Origin: an uncultured Flavobacteriaceae bacterium
GTDB lineage: Bacteria > Bacteroidota > Bacteroidia > Flavobacteriales > Flavobacteriaceae
NCBI GenBank assembly: GCA_964653155.1
Contig: CAZZDI010000005.1
Location: forward strand, 3,605-37,764
Length of the DNA stretch: 34,160 nucleotides
Reading direction: 5' to 3'
The position numbers and the translations under genes were made by a program. The stretch's first letter is position 1, and each line of letters begins with the position of its first letter. This document shows positions 1-8,599 of this stretch, one piece after another. The notes under the pieces are model-generated. The model ran no database searches, was not told the DNA's origin, and was given only the letters and a program-made list of their open reading frames with translations.

Positions 1-2
1 AC

Positions 3-485
3 GATCCACGCGAGGGCCATAATGAAATTGAACATTGGATTGGCCCCAACCGCAGAGATTCACTCATAAAAAAACTCCGCAAGCTAAAAGAAAAACAGCT
101 CCCCCTACTCTACAACAAACATACCCTGCCAATTTTGGAACGGTTAAAGATTGATGTTGAAACTATCGAGCAACAAGTTTATTTTAAAGCCCAATTGTTT
201 GTGCCTTTTGAAAATGAATACATTCCGTTTAACAAGATTAATCGGGATTGTGTTAAAGGGTTTTACATTCGGTTTAATGAAATCGAAACCTTTTCTGAGT
301 GTAAATTCTACATTCCCAGTAAACATAATTGGCTTTTGGAACCCGTTGCTTGGATTGATTGGTTGAATTACGATAGGTTTTACGAAAAAATGGAAGCATT
401 GATAAACGAAAAAATAGCATCAATGTATTGGATTAAATGGCCGAACGGTGAAATAAAAAAGTGCTTTGTAGTTTGGTGGGATTAA
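3..485 (+). CDS. DUF1853 family protein, C-terminal part (5' truncated by the window edge)
   Basis: The frame of ORF 135..485 stays open back to position 3 (DPREGHNEIEHWIGPNRRDSLIKKLRKLKEKQLPLL...). WIGPNxxDSL..KL..L..KQLPLL is the motif I recall for DUF1853. Confidence 0.75.
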   Translation, partial: DPREGHNEIEHWIGPNRRDSLIKKLRKLKEKQLPLLYNKHTLPILERLKIDVETIEQQVYFKAQLFVPFENEYIPFNKINRDCVKGFYIRFNEIETFSECKFYIPSKHNWLLEPVAWIDWLNYDRFYEKMEALINEKIASMYWIKWPNGEIKKCFVVWWD

Positions 486-531
486 CCCCTAAACTACAAA
501 GCACTTATTGAAACGATTTTACTTCTATTGA

Positions 532-1359
532 CTAAAAGGTTTCATCCAATAAATCTTTTAAGGCTTGCCAAGATTGGGCATCGGCTTCGGCATTGTATTT
601 TAATGGCAGATTGAATTTTTCTCCCAAAGCATCGGCACCTTTACTGGTAAAAGCATGTTGTGCCTCTGGAAATTCAACATATTCGTAATCGGCATTAATA
701 CTGTCCATCGCCGCTTTAAAGGCATCCACCGTTTCTTTCGGAATAAAAGGGTCGGCACCACCATTAACCACCAAAACCTTCGCTTTTAATTTGTCGTTGG
801 GCATTACGGGAAGTTTTACACCACTGTGGAAAGCGGCAACGGCATCCAAATCCTTTCCGGTATTGGCCATGGTAAGCGCCATACTACCGCCAAAGCAATA
901 ACCAATAGCTGCAATTTGTGAAGCATCTACCGAAGGATGTCTTTTTAAAACCTCTAAAGCCGCATCAAAACGCACAGTTGCCAAAGGCACATTATTACTA
1001 ACCACCCCCGAAAACTTACCGGCATCTTCAGGGTGTGCGGCTTGTTTGCCATCGCCATACATATCAATAGCCATGGCGGTATAACCCAATTGGGCCAACA
1101 TATCGGCGCGTTCCCGAACATAATCGTTATGCCCCCACCATTCGTGGATAACGATAATTCCTGGACGTTTTTCGACCATATTTTTATTGTGCACCAAATA
1201 CCCTTTCATGTTTATGGAATCGGTACTGTATTCCACTTCTTCGGCTTCCAATTCAATGGTTTCGGTTACGGTTTTTTCAGTGTTGGAAGATTTTTGTTTG
1301 TCTTTGCAGGAGGTGAAGACAAGCATGGCCATTAGAGCCGCTAAAAATAGATTCTTCAT
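532..1359 (-). CDS. Dienelactone hydrolase family lipoprotein
   Basis: Lipobox (VFTSC), HEWWG motif, GYCFGG nucleophile elbow, DPF and HAFT catalytic Asp/His motifs. Confidence 0.9.
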   Translation of the reverse strand: MKNLFLAALMAMLVFTSCKDKQKSSNTEKTVTETIELEAEEVEYSTDSINMKGYLVHNKNMVEKRPGIIVIHEWWGHNDYVRERADMLAQLGYTAMAIDMYGDGKQAAHPEDAGKFSGVVSNNVPLATVRFDAALEVLKRHPSVDASQIAAIGYCFGGSMALTMANTGKDLDAVAAFHSGVKLPVMPNDKLKAKVLVVNGGADPFIPKETVDAFKAAMDSINADYEYVEFPEAQHAFTSKGADALGEKFNLPLKYNAEADAQSWQALKDLLDETF

Positions 1360-1444
1360 TTTAAAATGCTTTAAGATTGGTTTTAACTGTGTAGTTAACT
1401 TAAAACATTTTAAAGAGTTATGAAAATAATTGTTGGTAAAAATT

Positions 1445-2491
1445 CTATTTGAGAATTTTGTCGATAGCTTGAATCCAATCTTCGATGTTGGTCTCGTTGG
1501 TATTCAATGGCAAGCTACCATTGGCATAAGGCCCGTAAATATTCGGATTGGTGTACGAGAAAAAGCCCACCGTTGGTGTTAAAGATGCGCTGGCCAAATG
1601 CATCACGCCATTATCGGCAGCAATAAAAACAGATGTGTTTTTGATGATGGCGCCCATTTCGCGAATATCCTTGCTGTAAAAATGGGGTGCCTTAAAGTTG
1701 ATTTTTGAAATGTTTTCTATCGGAAGCATTTCAATGATATTATAGTTGGGATATTCTTTTAAAAGCCGACTGTAAAACGTATTCCACCAAGTTTCAGAAT
1801 AGCATTTGTGACCTGTGGCGTTGGTATAAATGCAGATGGTTTTTTTATCATTTTTGATGATGCCATCTAAAATGGATTTTCCGTTGGCTATTTCTTTCTC
1901 ATTCAGTTTAATATTGAGAACCGGAAGCGCTTTTTCATTTTTTTGCAAGCCAATTTTATCCAAAAAATACCGCAGATTATAAACAGGATATTTCGAAATG
2001 TGTTCGTAATCACTATATTTTTTGGTAATTTCCTCGTGTACATCACCAAAAACCTTCAATCGGGCTCTGGACAATTGGGTGAGCAAACGCCCAGAAGACG
2101 AATCTTTATCACCATTAATCACTAAATCGTATCGTTTTGCCTTTATTTTGAACCAAACAGTAATGTATTTCAACAGATTGTTGAATGGTTTTTTGGGCAG
2201 TTTGATAATTTGCTTTACCTGACTGTAATTCTGAAAAACAGGATGCGCCACACCGCCTTTTACGAACAAATCGATTTCGCAATCGGGAAAGGTTTCAATC
2301 ACTTCCTGAACAATGGGCGTTAACAGCAATTGATTGCCCAAGCGGTGGTTGGGGCGCACAATCAATACTTTTTTAACGTCTTCTTTTTTAACTGAACCTT
2401 TTTCGGGCTCTGTATAAGAACTCCCCACGCCTTTGGTAAGCTTGTGCATTACCCGTCTCCTAAAACTGTTAACTCGTTGAGAAAATCCCAT
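1445..2491 (-). CDS. Glycosyltransferase family 9 (heptosyltransferase-like) protein
   Basis: VLIVRPNHRLGNQLLLTP N-terminal motif and FIAADNGVMHLASA...PTVGFF C-terminal GT9 motif. Confidence 0.88.
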   Translation of the reverse strand: MGFSQRVNSFRRRVMHKLTKGVGSSYTEPEKGSVKKEDVKKVLIVRPNHRLGNQLLLTPIVQEVIETFPDCEIDLFVKGGVAHPVFQNYSQVKQIIKLPKKPFNNLLKYITVWFKIKAKRYDLVINGDKDSSSGRLLTQLSRARLKVFGDVHEEITKKYSDYEHISKYPVYNLRYFLDKIGLQKNEKALPVLNIKLNEKEIANGKSILDGIIKNDKKTICIYTNATGHKCYSETWWNTFYSRLLKEYPNYNIIEMLPIENISKINFKAPHFYSKDIREMGAIIKNTSVFIAADNGVMHLASASLTPTVGFFSYTNPNIYGPYANGSLPLNTNETNIEDWIQAIDKILK

Positions 2492-2520
2492 ATCCTGATA
2501 AATTCAAATTAAAAACCGGG

Positions 2521-2552
2521 CAAAAATACAAATCCCTTGCATGTTGGGCAAA
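2521..2552 (-). promoter_or_regulatory. Bacteroidota housekeeping promoter for the GT9 gene
   Basis: Minus strand TTTG (2552-2549)-N20-TATTTTTG (2528-2521), matching the TTTG/TAnnTTTG consensus, 30 nt upstream of the ATG. Confidence 0.65.
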
Positions 2553-2575
2553 ATAAATATTTTGCAATGGGGTTT

Positions 2576-2713
2576 CTCGCAAAGTCGCTAAGGCGCAAAG
2601 CTTTCTGTTTTAAATTGAAAAAGAAAATATTGCTGACTATAAATGAAAGCACGAATTGCCAAATCTCTCGCAAATCTAAATCTATTTTGAACTTGAAACC
2701 TGAAACTAAAAAC
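2576..2713. repeat. Cluster of short degenerate intergenic repeats (CGCAAAGn x3; TGAAACn-like x3-4)
   Basis: CGCAAAGT-CGCTAAGG-CGCAAAG at 2578-2600, another CTCGCAAA near 2667, and TTGAACTTGAAACCTGAAACTAAAAACT just past the EamA stop codon. Confidence 0.5.
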
Positions 2714-3559
2714 TTACCGCTTAAATTTCGATTTGTACCAAACGTTAAGTACCATGCCACCAATAATAAGCGATATGCCCAATAACGCCCAAAAAGTATA
2801 AAGTTCGTTGAATAGCATAATTCCTAAAACGGTAGTAAAAATAACTTCAACATATTTTATGGGCGCAATTAAATTGGTAGATGCTGTTTGGAAAGCCTTG
2901 GTCATAAATATTTGTCCGAAATAACCGAAAACCCCCAAGCTTAAAAGAAACAACCACTCCCAGTCTTTGGGATTTACCCAATTGTTAATAGACAACACAC
3001 CACCTAAAACGGCTGCAATCACCATAAAATAATTAACAATAACCACCGGGTGCTCGCTATTACCTATTTTACTGATAATTACATAAACCAAACCGCTTAA
3101 AATGGCGGCCATTAAAATAAGTACGAGTCCGTATGAATTGATTTCAGAATCGAAACCTTTAAGCACCAACACCCCAATAAACGAGATGCTAAAAAAAGCC
3201 CATTGCCATGGCCGTACATTTTCGCGCAATAAAAACACTGCTAAAATAGCAGCGAAAATGGGCGATAAATAGCGTAATGACACTGCTGTGCCTACCGATA
3301 AATATTTTACCGACATAAAAAAGAACAGCATCGAGATGGCACCCGTTACCGAACGCATAATAAGCAGAAAGTTGTTTTTACCGATGATGGGGATTTTATT
3401 TTTGATTAAAAAACCGAAAGTAAAGAACAACGAGCCCAACGACCTAAAAAACACGATTTGATACGAGCTCACTTCGCTTAAATGTTTTACCGTGGCATTC
3501 ATGCAAGCAAAAGCCACGGTACTAATCAACATGTATTTTATGCCTTTTTTAACGTCCAA
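2714..3559 (-). CDS. DMT/EamA family transporter
   Basis: About 10 hydrophobic helices; IVFFRS, LSPIFAAILAVFLLRE and APIKYVEVIF motifs. Confidence 0.9.
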   Translation of the reverse strand: MDVKKGIKYMLISTVAFACMNATVKHLSEVSSYQIVFFRSLGSLFFTFGFLIKNKIPIIGKNNFLLIMRSVTGAISMLFFFMSVKYLSVGTAVSLRYLSPIFAAILAVFLLRENVRPWQWAFFSISFIGVLVLKGFDSEINSYGLVLILMAAILSGLVYVIISKIGNSEHPVVIVNYFMVIAAVLGGVLSINNWVNPKDWEWLFLLSLGVFGYFGQIFMTKAFQTASTNLIAPIKYVEVIFTTVLGIMLFNELYTFWALLGISLIIGGMVLNVWYKSKFKR

Positions 3560-4463
3560 TACCTCTAGGTTTTACCACCCGATTGGTGTTAATAAAATAA
3601 ACGCCAGTAAGCAAAACGATAGCTGCAATTATCGATTGAAACGTAATGGTTTCATCTAAAATGTACCAGCCCAAAACGAGCGCAATTATAGGGTTTACGT
3701 AAGTGTTGGTGGCCACTTTCTCGGGCGATACCTCTTTTAGTAAATAATTAAAAGCCGTAAAAGCAATAATACTTCCAAAAACAATTAAAAGCAGCATGGC
3801 CCATTGCACATCGGCACTCCAAGTATTGGGCAACGACCAAGTTTCGCCAAAGCATAAACTTGCAATCGCCAACATGGTGCCTCCGGTCAACATTTGGTAG
3901 CCCGTATTTACAAAATAATTAGAAGGCAAATTGGCTTTGCCCACAAATAAACTACCATAAGCCCAGCTAATCATGCAGGCAAAAATCATCAGTATGCCTA
4001 TAATTTGTCCGTCTTGACTAATGAGTTGTTTTTGACCGATTAAAAGGTAAATCCCAATAAAACCCAAAAATACTCCAATATAGGCCATCGTCGCAATTTT
4101 TTTGCCTTGGAGGAAACGCATCAGCAACAAGACAATTAAAGGTTGTGCCGAAATTTCGAGAGCCGCAAAACCACTATCAACAAATTTAAGCGCCCAAACC
4201 ACTACACCATTTCCTAAGGTTAAAAACAAAAACCCTGCAATAACGGTGTTTTTAAACTGCTCTTTGGTGATTGAAATGTTCACCTTTAAAAGTTTAGCAA
4301 TTATAAAAATGATGATGCTCGCAAAAATAAACCGAATAGCGGCCAATTTAAATGGCGGCAATTCTGAAACCGCAATTTTATTGAGCAAGTAAGTAGATCC
4401 CCAGATTACATAAATGGCAAAAAAGGCCAGCACAATACCGAATGTTTTACGAGTTGCCCCCAT
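3549..4463 (-). CDS. EamA family transporter (YedA-like)
   Basis: AFFAIYVIWGSTYL N-terminus and YVNPIIALVLGW motif. It overlaps the next EamA gene by 11 nt. Confidence 0.9.
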   Translation of the reverse strand: MGATRKTFGIVLAFFAIYVIWGSTYLLNKIAVSELPPFKLAAIRFIFASIIIFIIAKLLKVNISITKEQFKNTVIAGFLFLTLGNGVVVWALKFVDSGFAALEISAQPLIVLLLMRFLQGKKIATMAYIGVFLGFIGIYLLIGQKQLISQDGQIIGILMIFACMISWAYGSLFVGKANLPSNYFVNTGYQMLTGGTMLAIASLCFGETWSLPNTWSADVQWAMLLLIVFGSIIAFTAFNYLLKEVSPEKVATNTYVNPIIALVLGWYILDETITFQSIIAAIVLLTGVYFINTNRVVKPRGIGR

Positions 4464-4553
4464 AAAAATGAAACTTGTTTTTTAAAGAAAATGAAAGGCA
4501 AATATACGCCTTATTTTAGGGCTTGAAATCGATAATTATAAATTAACAAGAAT

Positions 4554-6113
4554 TTAATCTTCTGGCGGATAACCATGTATTTCCTCAAATACGTCATCAA
4601 AATTTGAACGCAAATACGAGTTGAGTTTCTTTCGGTAATCGCCCTTTAGCCATTCCACAAAATTGTAGGTACTTTTGCTGATGCATTTGGTGTAGCGGCC
4701 AATCCTGAAATCGATATCGTCTCCCAACATTTTTGCCAACCCCAAAGCATCGTAAACATCTTCACTGTTTTCAATACAAATTTTGGCGTGTTGCTCGATG
4801 GAACGCTCTAAAACCACTTTTGAAGATTCGCCATTTCTAATGGAATCCACATAAGTTTTTTGGATATCGAAGAACACTTCCTTCGATTTTGAAAATTCGG
4901 CCCGCAATTCGTCCGGCATTTCATATCTGAAATTGCTTTCCAGTTCGTCGTCACTTAAAATGGAATCCAAATAATAATTGGGCGATTTAAAAATACGCTG
5001 CCAATCCAGATTATCGCCCCAAGGACCGAATCGATGGAAATTGTTCCCCAAATCAATCACCGTAAACGAGTTTTTATCTTTAAAAATACGAGACCCACGA
5101 CCAATCATTTGGTAATACAAGGTCAAGGATTTGGTGGCGCGGTTAAGAATAATGCTTTCTACCGAAGGCTCATCAAACCCCGTGGTTAAAATACTCACCG
5201 AGGTTAAAATAGCACCCGGCGTTTTTTTGAACCACTTTAAAATAAGGGCGCGTTCCTTTTTAGTATTGGTGTTATCTAAATGCGCAATAGGATATCCCGC
5301 TCTTCTAAAGGTGTCGTAAACGTGAAGTGATGTGTTGATACCGTTATTGAAAATAAGCGTCTTTTTTCCTTTTGAACGCTCTTCGTAAGCCTGCATCAAT
5401 TTAGAAAGCATGTCGTCGGCCGTATAAAGGTCTTCCGAAGATTTTACGGTATAATCACCGTTGGCTCCCACAACCAAAGAGGTCAATCCCACATTGTAAG
5501 TAAACATTTCGGCACGGGCCAAAAAACCGTTTTCAATGAGCGATTCTATACTTTCGCCAACAATCAGTTCATCGTAATTATCGGTCATTGGCAATTCAAT
5601 GCTCGAACTCAACGGTGTCGCGGTAACGCCCAAAATAAACGACTGACTGAAAAACTTGAACAGTTTAGTAAACGAGTTGTAGTGCGCCTCATCAATAATC
5701 ACCAAACCAATATCCGAAATATCCAGTTTATCGTCATTCAATCGGTTGTTTAAGGTTTCCACCATGGCCACAAAACAGCTGTAATCGGCTTGGTCATCAA
5801 GGTTTGCCTTGCTATCAACCACTTTGTTTAGTACACCGAACTCAGTGAGCATGTTCGAGGTTTGCTTGCACAATTCAATACGGTGCGTCATGACCAACAC
5901 CTTCTTTTTGTGGTGTTTCAGGTATTGCCTAACGATTTCGGAAAAGATAACCGTTTTTCCACCACCCGTTGGCAATTGATAGAGCAAATGATAATCGTCT
6001 GGCGATTCTTCAAATGCAGTGAAAATCTTGTTTATCGCCCCTTTTTGGTAACTGTATAATTTTTTGCCTTCCGACCGTTCTTCTAATTCTAATTGAGCTT
6101 TTGTAACCGACAT
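4554..6113 (-). CDS. Superfamily II DEAD/DEAH-box helicase (RadD/Irc3-like)
   Basis: LPTGGGKT (Walker A), DEAH, TATP, TTGFDEP and QMIGRGSR motifs. Confidence 0.9.
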   Translation of the reverse strand: MSVTKAQLELEERSEGKKLYSYQKGAINKIFTAFEESPDDYHLLYQLPTGGGKTVIFSEIVRQYLKHHKKKVLVMTHRIELCKQTSNMLTEFGVLNKVVDSKANLDDQADYSCFVAMVETLNNRLNDDKLDISDIGLVIIDEAHYNSFTKLFKFFSQSFILGVTATPLSSSIELPMTDNYDELIVGESIESLIENGFLARAEMFTYNVGLTSLVVGANGDYTVKSSEDLYTADDMLSKLMQAYEERSKGKKTLIFNNGINTSLHVYDTFRRAGYPIAHLDNTNTKKERALILKWFKKTPGAILTSVSILTTGFDEPSVESIILNRATKSLTLYYQMIGRGSRIFKDKNSFTVIDLGNNFHRFGPWGDNLDWQRIFKSPNYYLDSILSDDELESNFRYEMPDELRAEFSKSKEVFFDIQKTYVDSIRNGESSKVVLERSIEQHAKICIENSEDVYDALGLAKMLGDDIDFRIGRYTKCISKSTYNFVEWLKGDYRKKLNSYLRSNFDDVFEEIHGYPPED

Positions 6114-6133
6114 ACCTTAAATTTTGCAACGTG

Positions 6134-6163
6134 CAAAAATAACATCTTTATAGGGTTTATCAA
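6134..6163 (-). promoter_or_regulatory. Promoter for the helicase gene
   Basis: Minus strand TTG (6163-6161)-N19-TATTTTTG (6141-6134). Confidence 0.6.
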
Positions 6164-6310
6164 GTAAGTTGTGCATTAATTTATCAAGCATTTTCAACAA
6201 TTGGGCATAAAGTTAATATTTTTAACGCATTGGCGTTTTATTAATTATTTTTGAAAAGTATGTCGGCTGCATTGAAATGTCTATTTTTACCAATAAATTG
6301 AATTTTAGAG

Positions 6311-7324
6311 ATGCAAATAAACGATAAATCGGGAGTAGAAAATTATTTGGCAAACCCTGAGCGATACAGCTCGATGGTATACAACAGAAGCGGGAAAAGC
6401 GGTGTAAAATTACCAGCTTTATCGATTGGCTTATGGCACAATTTCGGTTTTGTGGATGCCATTCAAAACGGACGCGATATTTTACGAACGGCCTTCGATT
6501 TAGGCATTGTGCATTTCGATTTGGCCAACAACTACGGTCCGCCATATGGATCGGCCGAAGAAAATTTTGGTACTATTTTCAAAAAAGATTTCAAACCTTA
6601 TAGAGACGAACTGTTTATTGCCAGCAAAGCAGGTTACGACATGTGGCCTGGACCTTATGGGAATTGGGGTTCCCGAAAATATTTAATTTCGAGTTTAGAC
6701 CAAAGTTTGCAACGTATGGGCTTGGATTATGTCGATATTTTTTACCACCATCGTCCCGACCCTGAAACACCTTTGGAAGAAACCATGGGCGCACTGGCCG
6801 ATATTGTAAAGCAAGGAAAAGCACTTTATGTGGGTATTTCCAATTACCAGCCCAAAGAAACGCAAAAGGCTGCTGAAATTCTTAAACATTTAAACGTGCC
6901 GTTTATTCTGCACCAAGCCCGTTACTCGATGCTTGACCGTTGGGTGGAAAACGGATTATTGGACACCTTAAATGAAAACGGCGTGGGCTGCATTGCTTTT
7001 TCGCCATTGGCGCAGGGTATGCTTACCGATAAGTATTTAAATGGTATTCCTGAAAATTCCAGAGCTTCGAAAAATTTAACCTATTTGGAAAAGGAAACGG
7101 TAAATAGAAACCTTGAAAAAATCAAAAAACTAAATGGAATTGCCCAACAACGCGGACAAAAACTTTCGCAAATGGCCATTGCTTGGATTTTAAGGCAACC
7201 GCAAGTGGCCTCTGTTTTGGTTGGGGCAAGCTCTTCAAATCAATTAAAAGATAACGTAAAGGCTTTGGAGCAATTAAGTTTTACGGATGAAGAATTAAAG
7301 TTGATTGATAAGATTGTCAATTAA
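6311..7324 (+). CDS. mgrA: Aldo/keto reductase, L-glyceraldehyde 3-phosphate reductase type (YghZ/Gpr-like)
   Basis: GLWHNFG, FDLANNYGPPYGSAEENFG, SKAGYDMWPGPYGNWGSRKYL and DIFYHHRPD motifs. Confidence 0.88.
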   Translation: MQINDKSGVENYLANPERYSSMVYNRSGKSGVKLPALSIGLWHNFGFVDAIQNGRDILRTAFDLGIVHFDLANNYGPPYGSAEENFGTIFKKDFKPYRDELFIASKAGYDMWPGPYGNWGSRKYLISSLDQSLQRMGLDYVDIFYHHRPDPETPLEETMGALADIVKQGKALYVGISNYQPKETQKAAEILKHLNVPFILHQARYSMLDRWVENGLLDTLNENGVGCIAFSPLAQGMLTDKYLNGIPENSRASKNLTYLEKETVNRNLEKIKKLNGIAQQRGQKLSQMAIAWILRQPQVASVLVGASSSNQLKDNVKALEQLSFTDEELKLIDKIVN

Positions 7325-7334
7325 TTAAGAGCTG

Positions 7335-8003
7335 TTATTTTTTAACGACTGTAATAAAAGCTTTAACTCCTTTTGACAAGTTCCAAAGATCGGAAGCCAA
7401 AACAGCACCCTGCTCGTCCTTGACCCTAAAATGCGCTGTATTGGGCACAAGGTAACCTTCGTTAATGGCCAAAAATTCAATGGTATTTTTGCCTTTTTGT
7501 AATTTCAACTTTAGGCCTTTAAAGTGGTTTCTTAACGTAATTCGGTATTCAACAATTTCTCCGTTTAAAGACACCCTTATTAAATCGCCATCTTCCTCTC
7601 CAAAATCCCTATACTGAACTATAGCATGATCTGATTCGGTTTCAACAACCCCAAAATACTGATCGGTTTTGCTGCCTTTGGTGCCCAGTTCCAATTGCGA
7701 TTTAATGTCGTTGAGGTTCTTATCAAGTTGCTTGGTGTACAGTTCGCCTGGGTTGCCAAATTCTTCCTCAGGAAACATCGAAAATTCTTTTTGGGGCATT
7801 TCCAAATTGGGTGTTACTTTTGGAGTATTCAGTCCCAAAGGATCATTCTCAATAGGTTTTGAGGGCGTTAGCGGGCTGGAATCAATCGAGTCGGTTTCGG
7901 CCTCAATGGCAGGAATAGCCACAGAATTATTTCTATTGTCTATTTGGGCTTTTGCAGATAGCGATAAAAAAAGAATCGCTACAAATAAAAAATAAGGCTT
8001 CAT
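7335..8003 (-). CDS. Secreted hypothetical protein
   Basis: ATG at 8003, signal peptide ending AKA|Q, Pro/Ser-rich linker, beta-rich C-terminal domain (DGDLIRVSLNG...GKNTIEFLAINEG...PNTA). A TATCTTTG -7 element lies at 8054-8047. Confidence 0.8.
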   Translation of the reverse strand: MKPYFLFVAILFLSLSAKAQIDNRNNSVAIPAIEAETDSIDSSPLTPSKPIENDPLGLNTPKVTPNLEMPQKEFSMFPEEEFGNPGELYTKQLDKNLNDIKSQLELGTKGSKTDQYFGVVETESDHAIVQYRDFGEEDGDLIRVSLNGEIVEYRITLRNHFKGLKLKLQKGKNTIEFLAINEGYLVPNTAHFRVKDEQGAVLASDLWNLSKGVKAFITVVKK

Positions 8004-8160
8004 CAATCTTTCTGGCTTTTCGTTTCTTATTGTGGTTAACGAGTTTCAAAGATATTTTTTTCTTCGCAATTCAACCACCATCCATTTTTATTTAAGAAGA
8101 TTTTAGCAATAACTGTTCCTAAAATGATTTTTGGATAAAAAAACGCAGAAGCCCAAATAA

Positions 8161-8565
8161 CTACTCATTTTTCGGAATGCCATACTCAATACAAACATGC
8201 CGCTGGCCCCATTGCTTGGCGGCTTTTACATCTACGCCCATATAAATGTCAATGCGGTTTTTCCATTTGTAATGCATTTTGTCCTTTACAAAATACATTC
8301 CCTTTAACCCCTCTATTTTAATCGGTGTATTATGCTTTAAGCCTTTACGCAGCAAATCGCGAGATACGGCAATGTATTTTAATCCGGGTTTTAAGCTGTC
8401 GCCAAAAGCGGTAATATGCGGATTGGAATTGGTTTGGTAAGCCAGCGAATTGTATGCCGTAGCAGTAACGTTTACCGAATCCCAAATAAAATGGTCTTCA
8501 AAACGTTTTTCTTCATTTTTACAACTGAATATCGTTAAGAGCAATATGGGTATTAAAATTCTCAA
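8161..8565 (-). CDS. 3D (Asp-Asp-Asp) domain lipoprotein
   Basis: Lipobox IFSC, VTATAYNS, IAVSRDLL, VKDKM and RIDIYMG motifs. The TTG start is uncertain. Confidence 0.85.
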   Translation of the reverse strand: MRILIPILLLTIFSCKNEEKRFEDHFIWDSVNVTATAYNSLAYQTNSNPHITAFGDSLKPGLKYIAVSRDLLRKGLKHNTPIKIEGLKGMYFVKDKMHYKWKNRIDIYMGVDVKAAKQWGQRHVCIEYGIPKNE

Positions 8566-8599
8566 ACAAAATATTTTATAATAAATATACTAAAGATTA

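Noticed and set aside
2509-2785. Small ORFs 2509..2763 (-) and 2537..2785 (+)
   Set aside because: They span the promoter and repeat DNA and overlap the EamA 3' end, and the translations do not look protein-like.
4554-6113. Helicase as part of a defence or restriction system
   Set aside because: There is no adjacent methylase, nuclease or mobile-element context, and it has its own housekeeping-type promoter.
8150-8160. AGCCCAAATAA shared with 22964-22974, both downstream of lipoprotein genes
   Set aside because: A single 11-nt AT-rich match is expected by chance in a window of this size.
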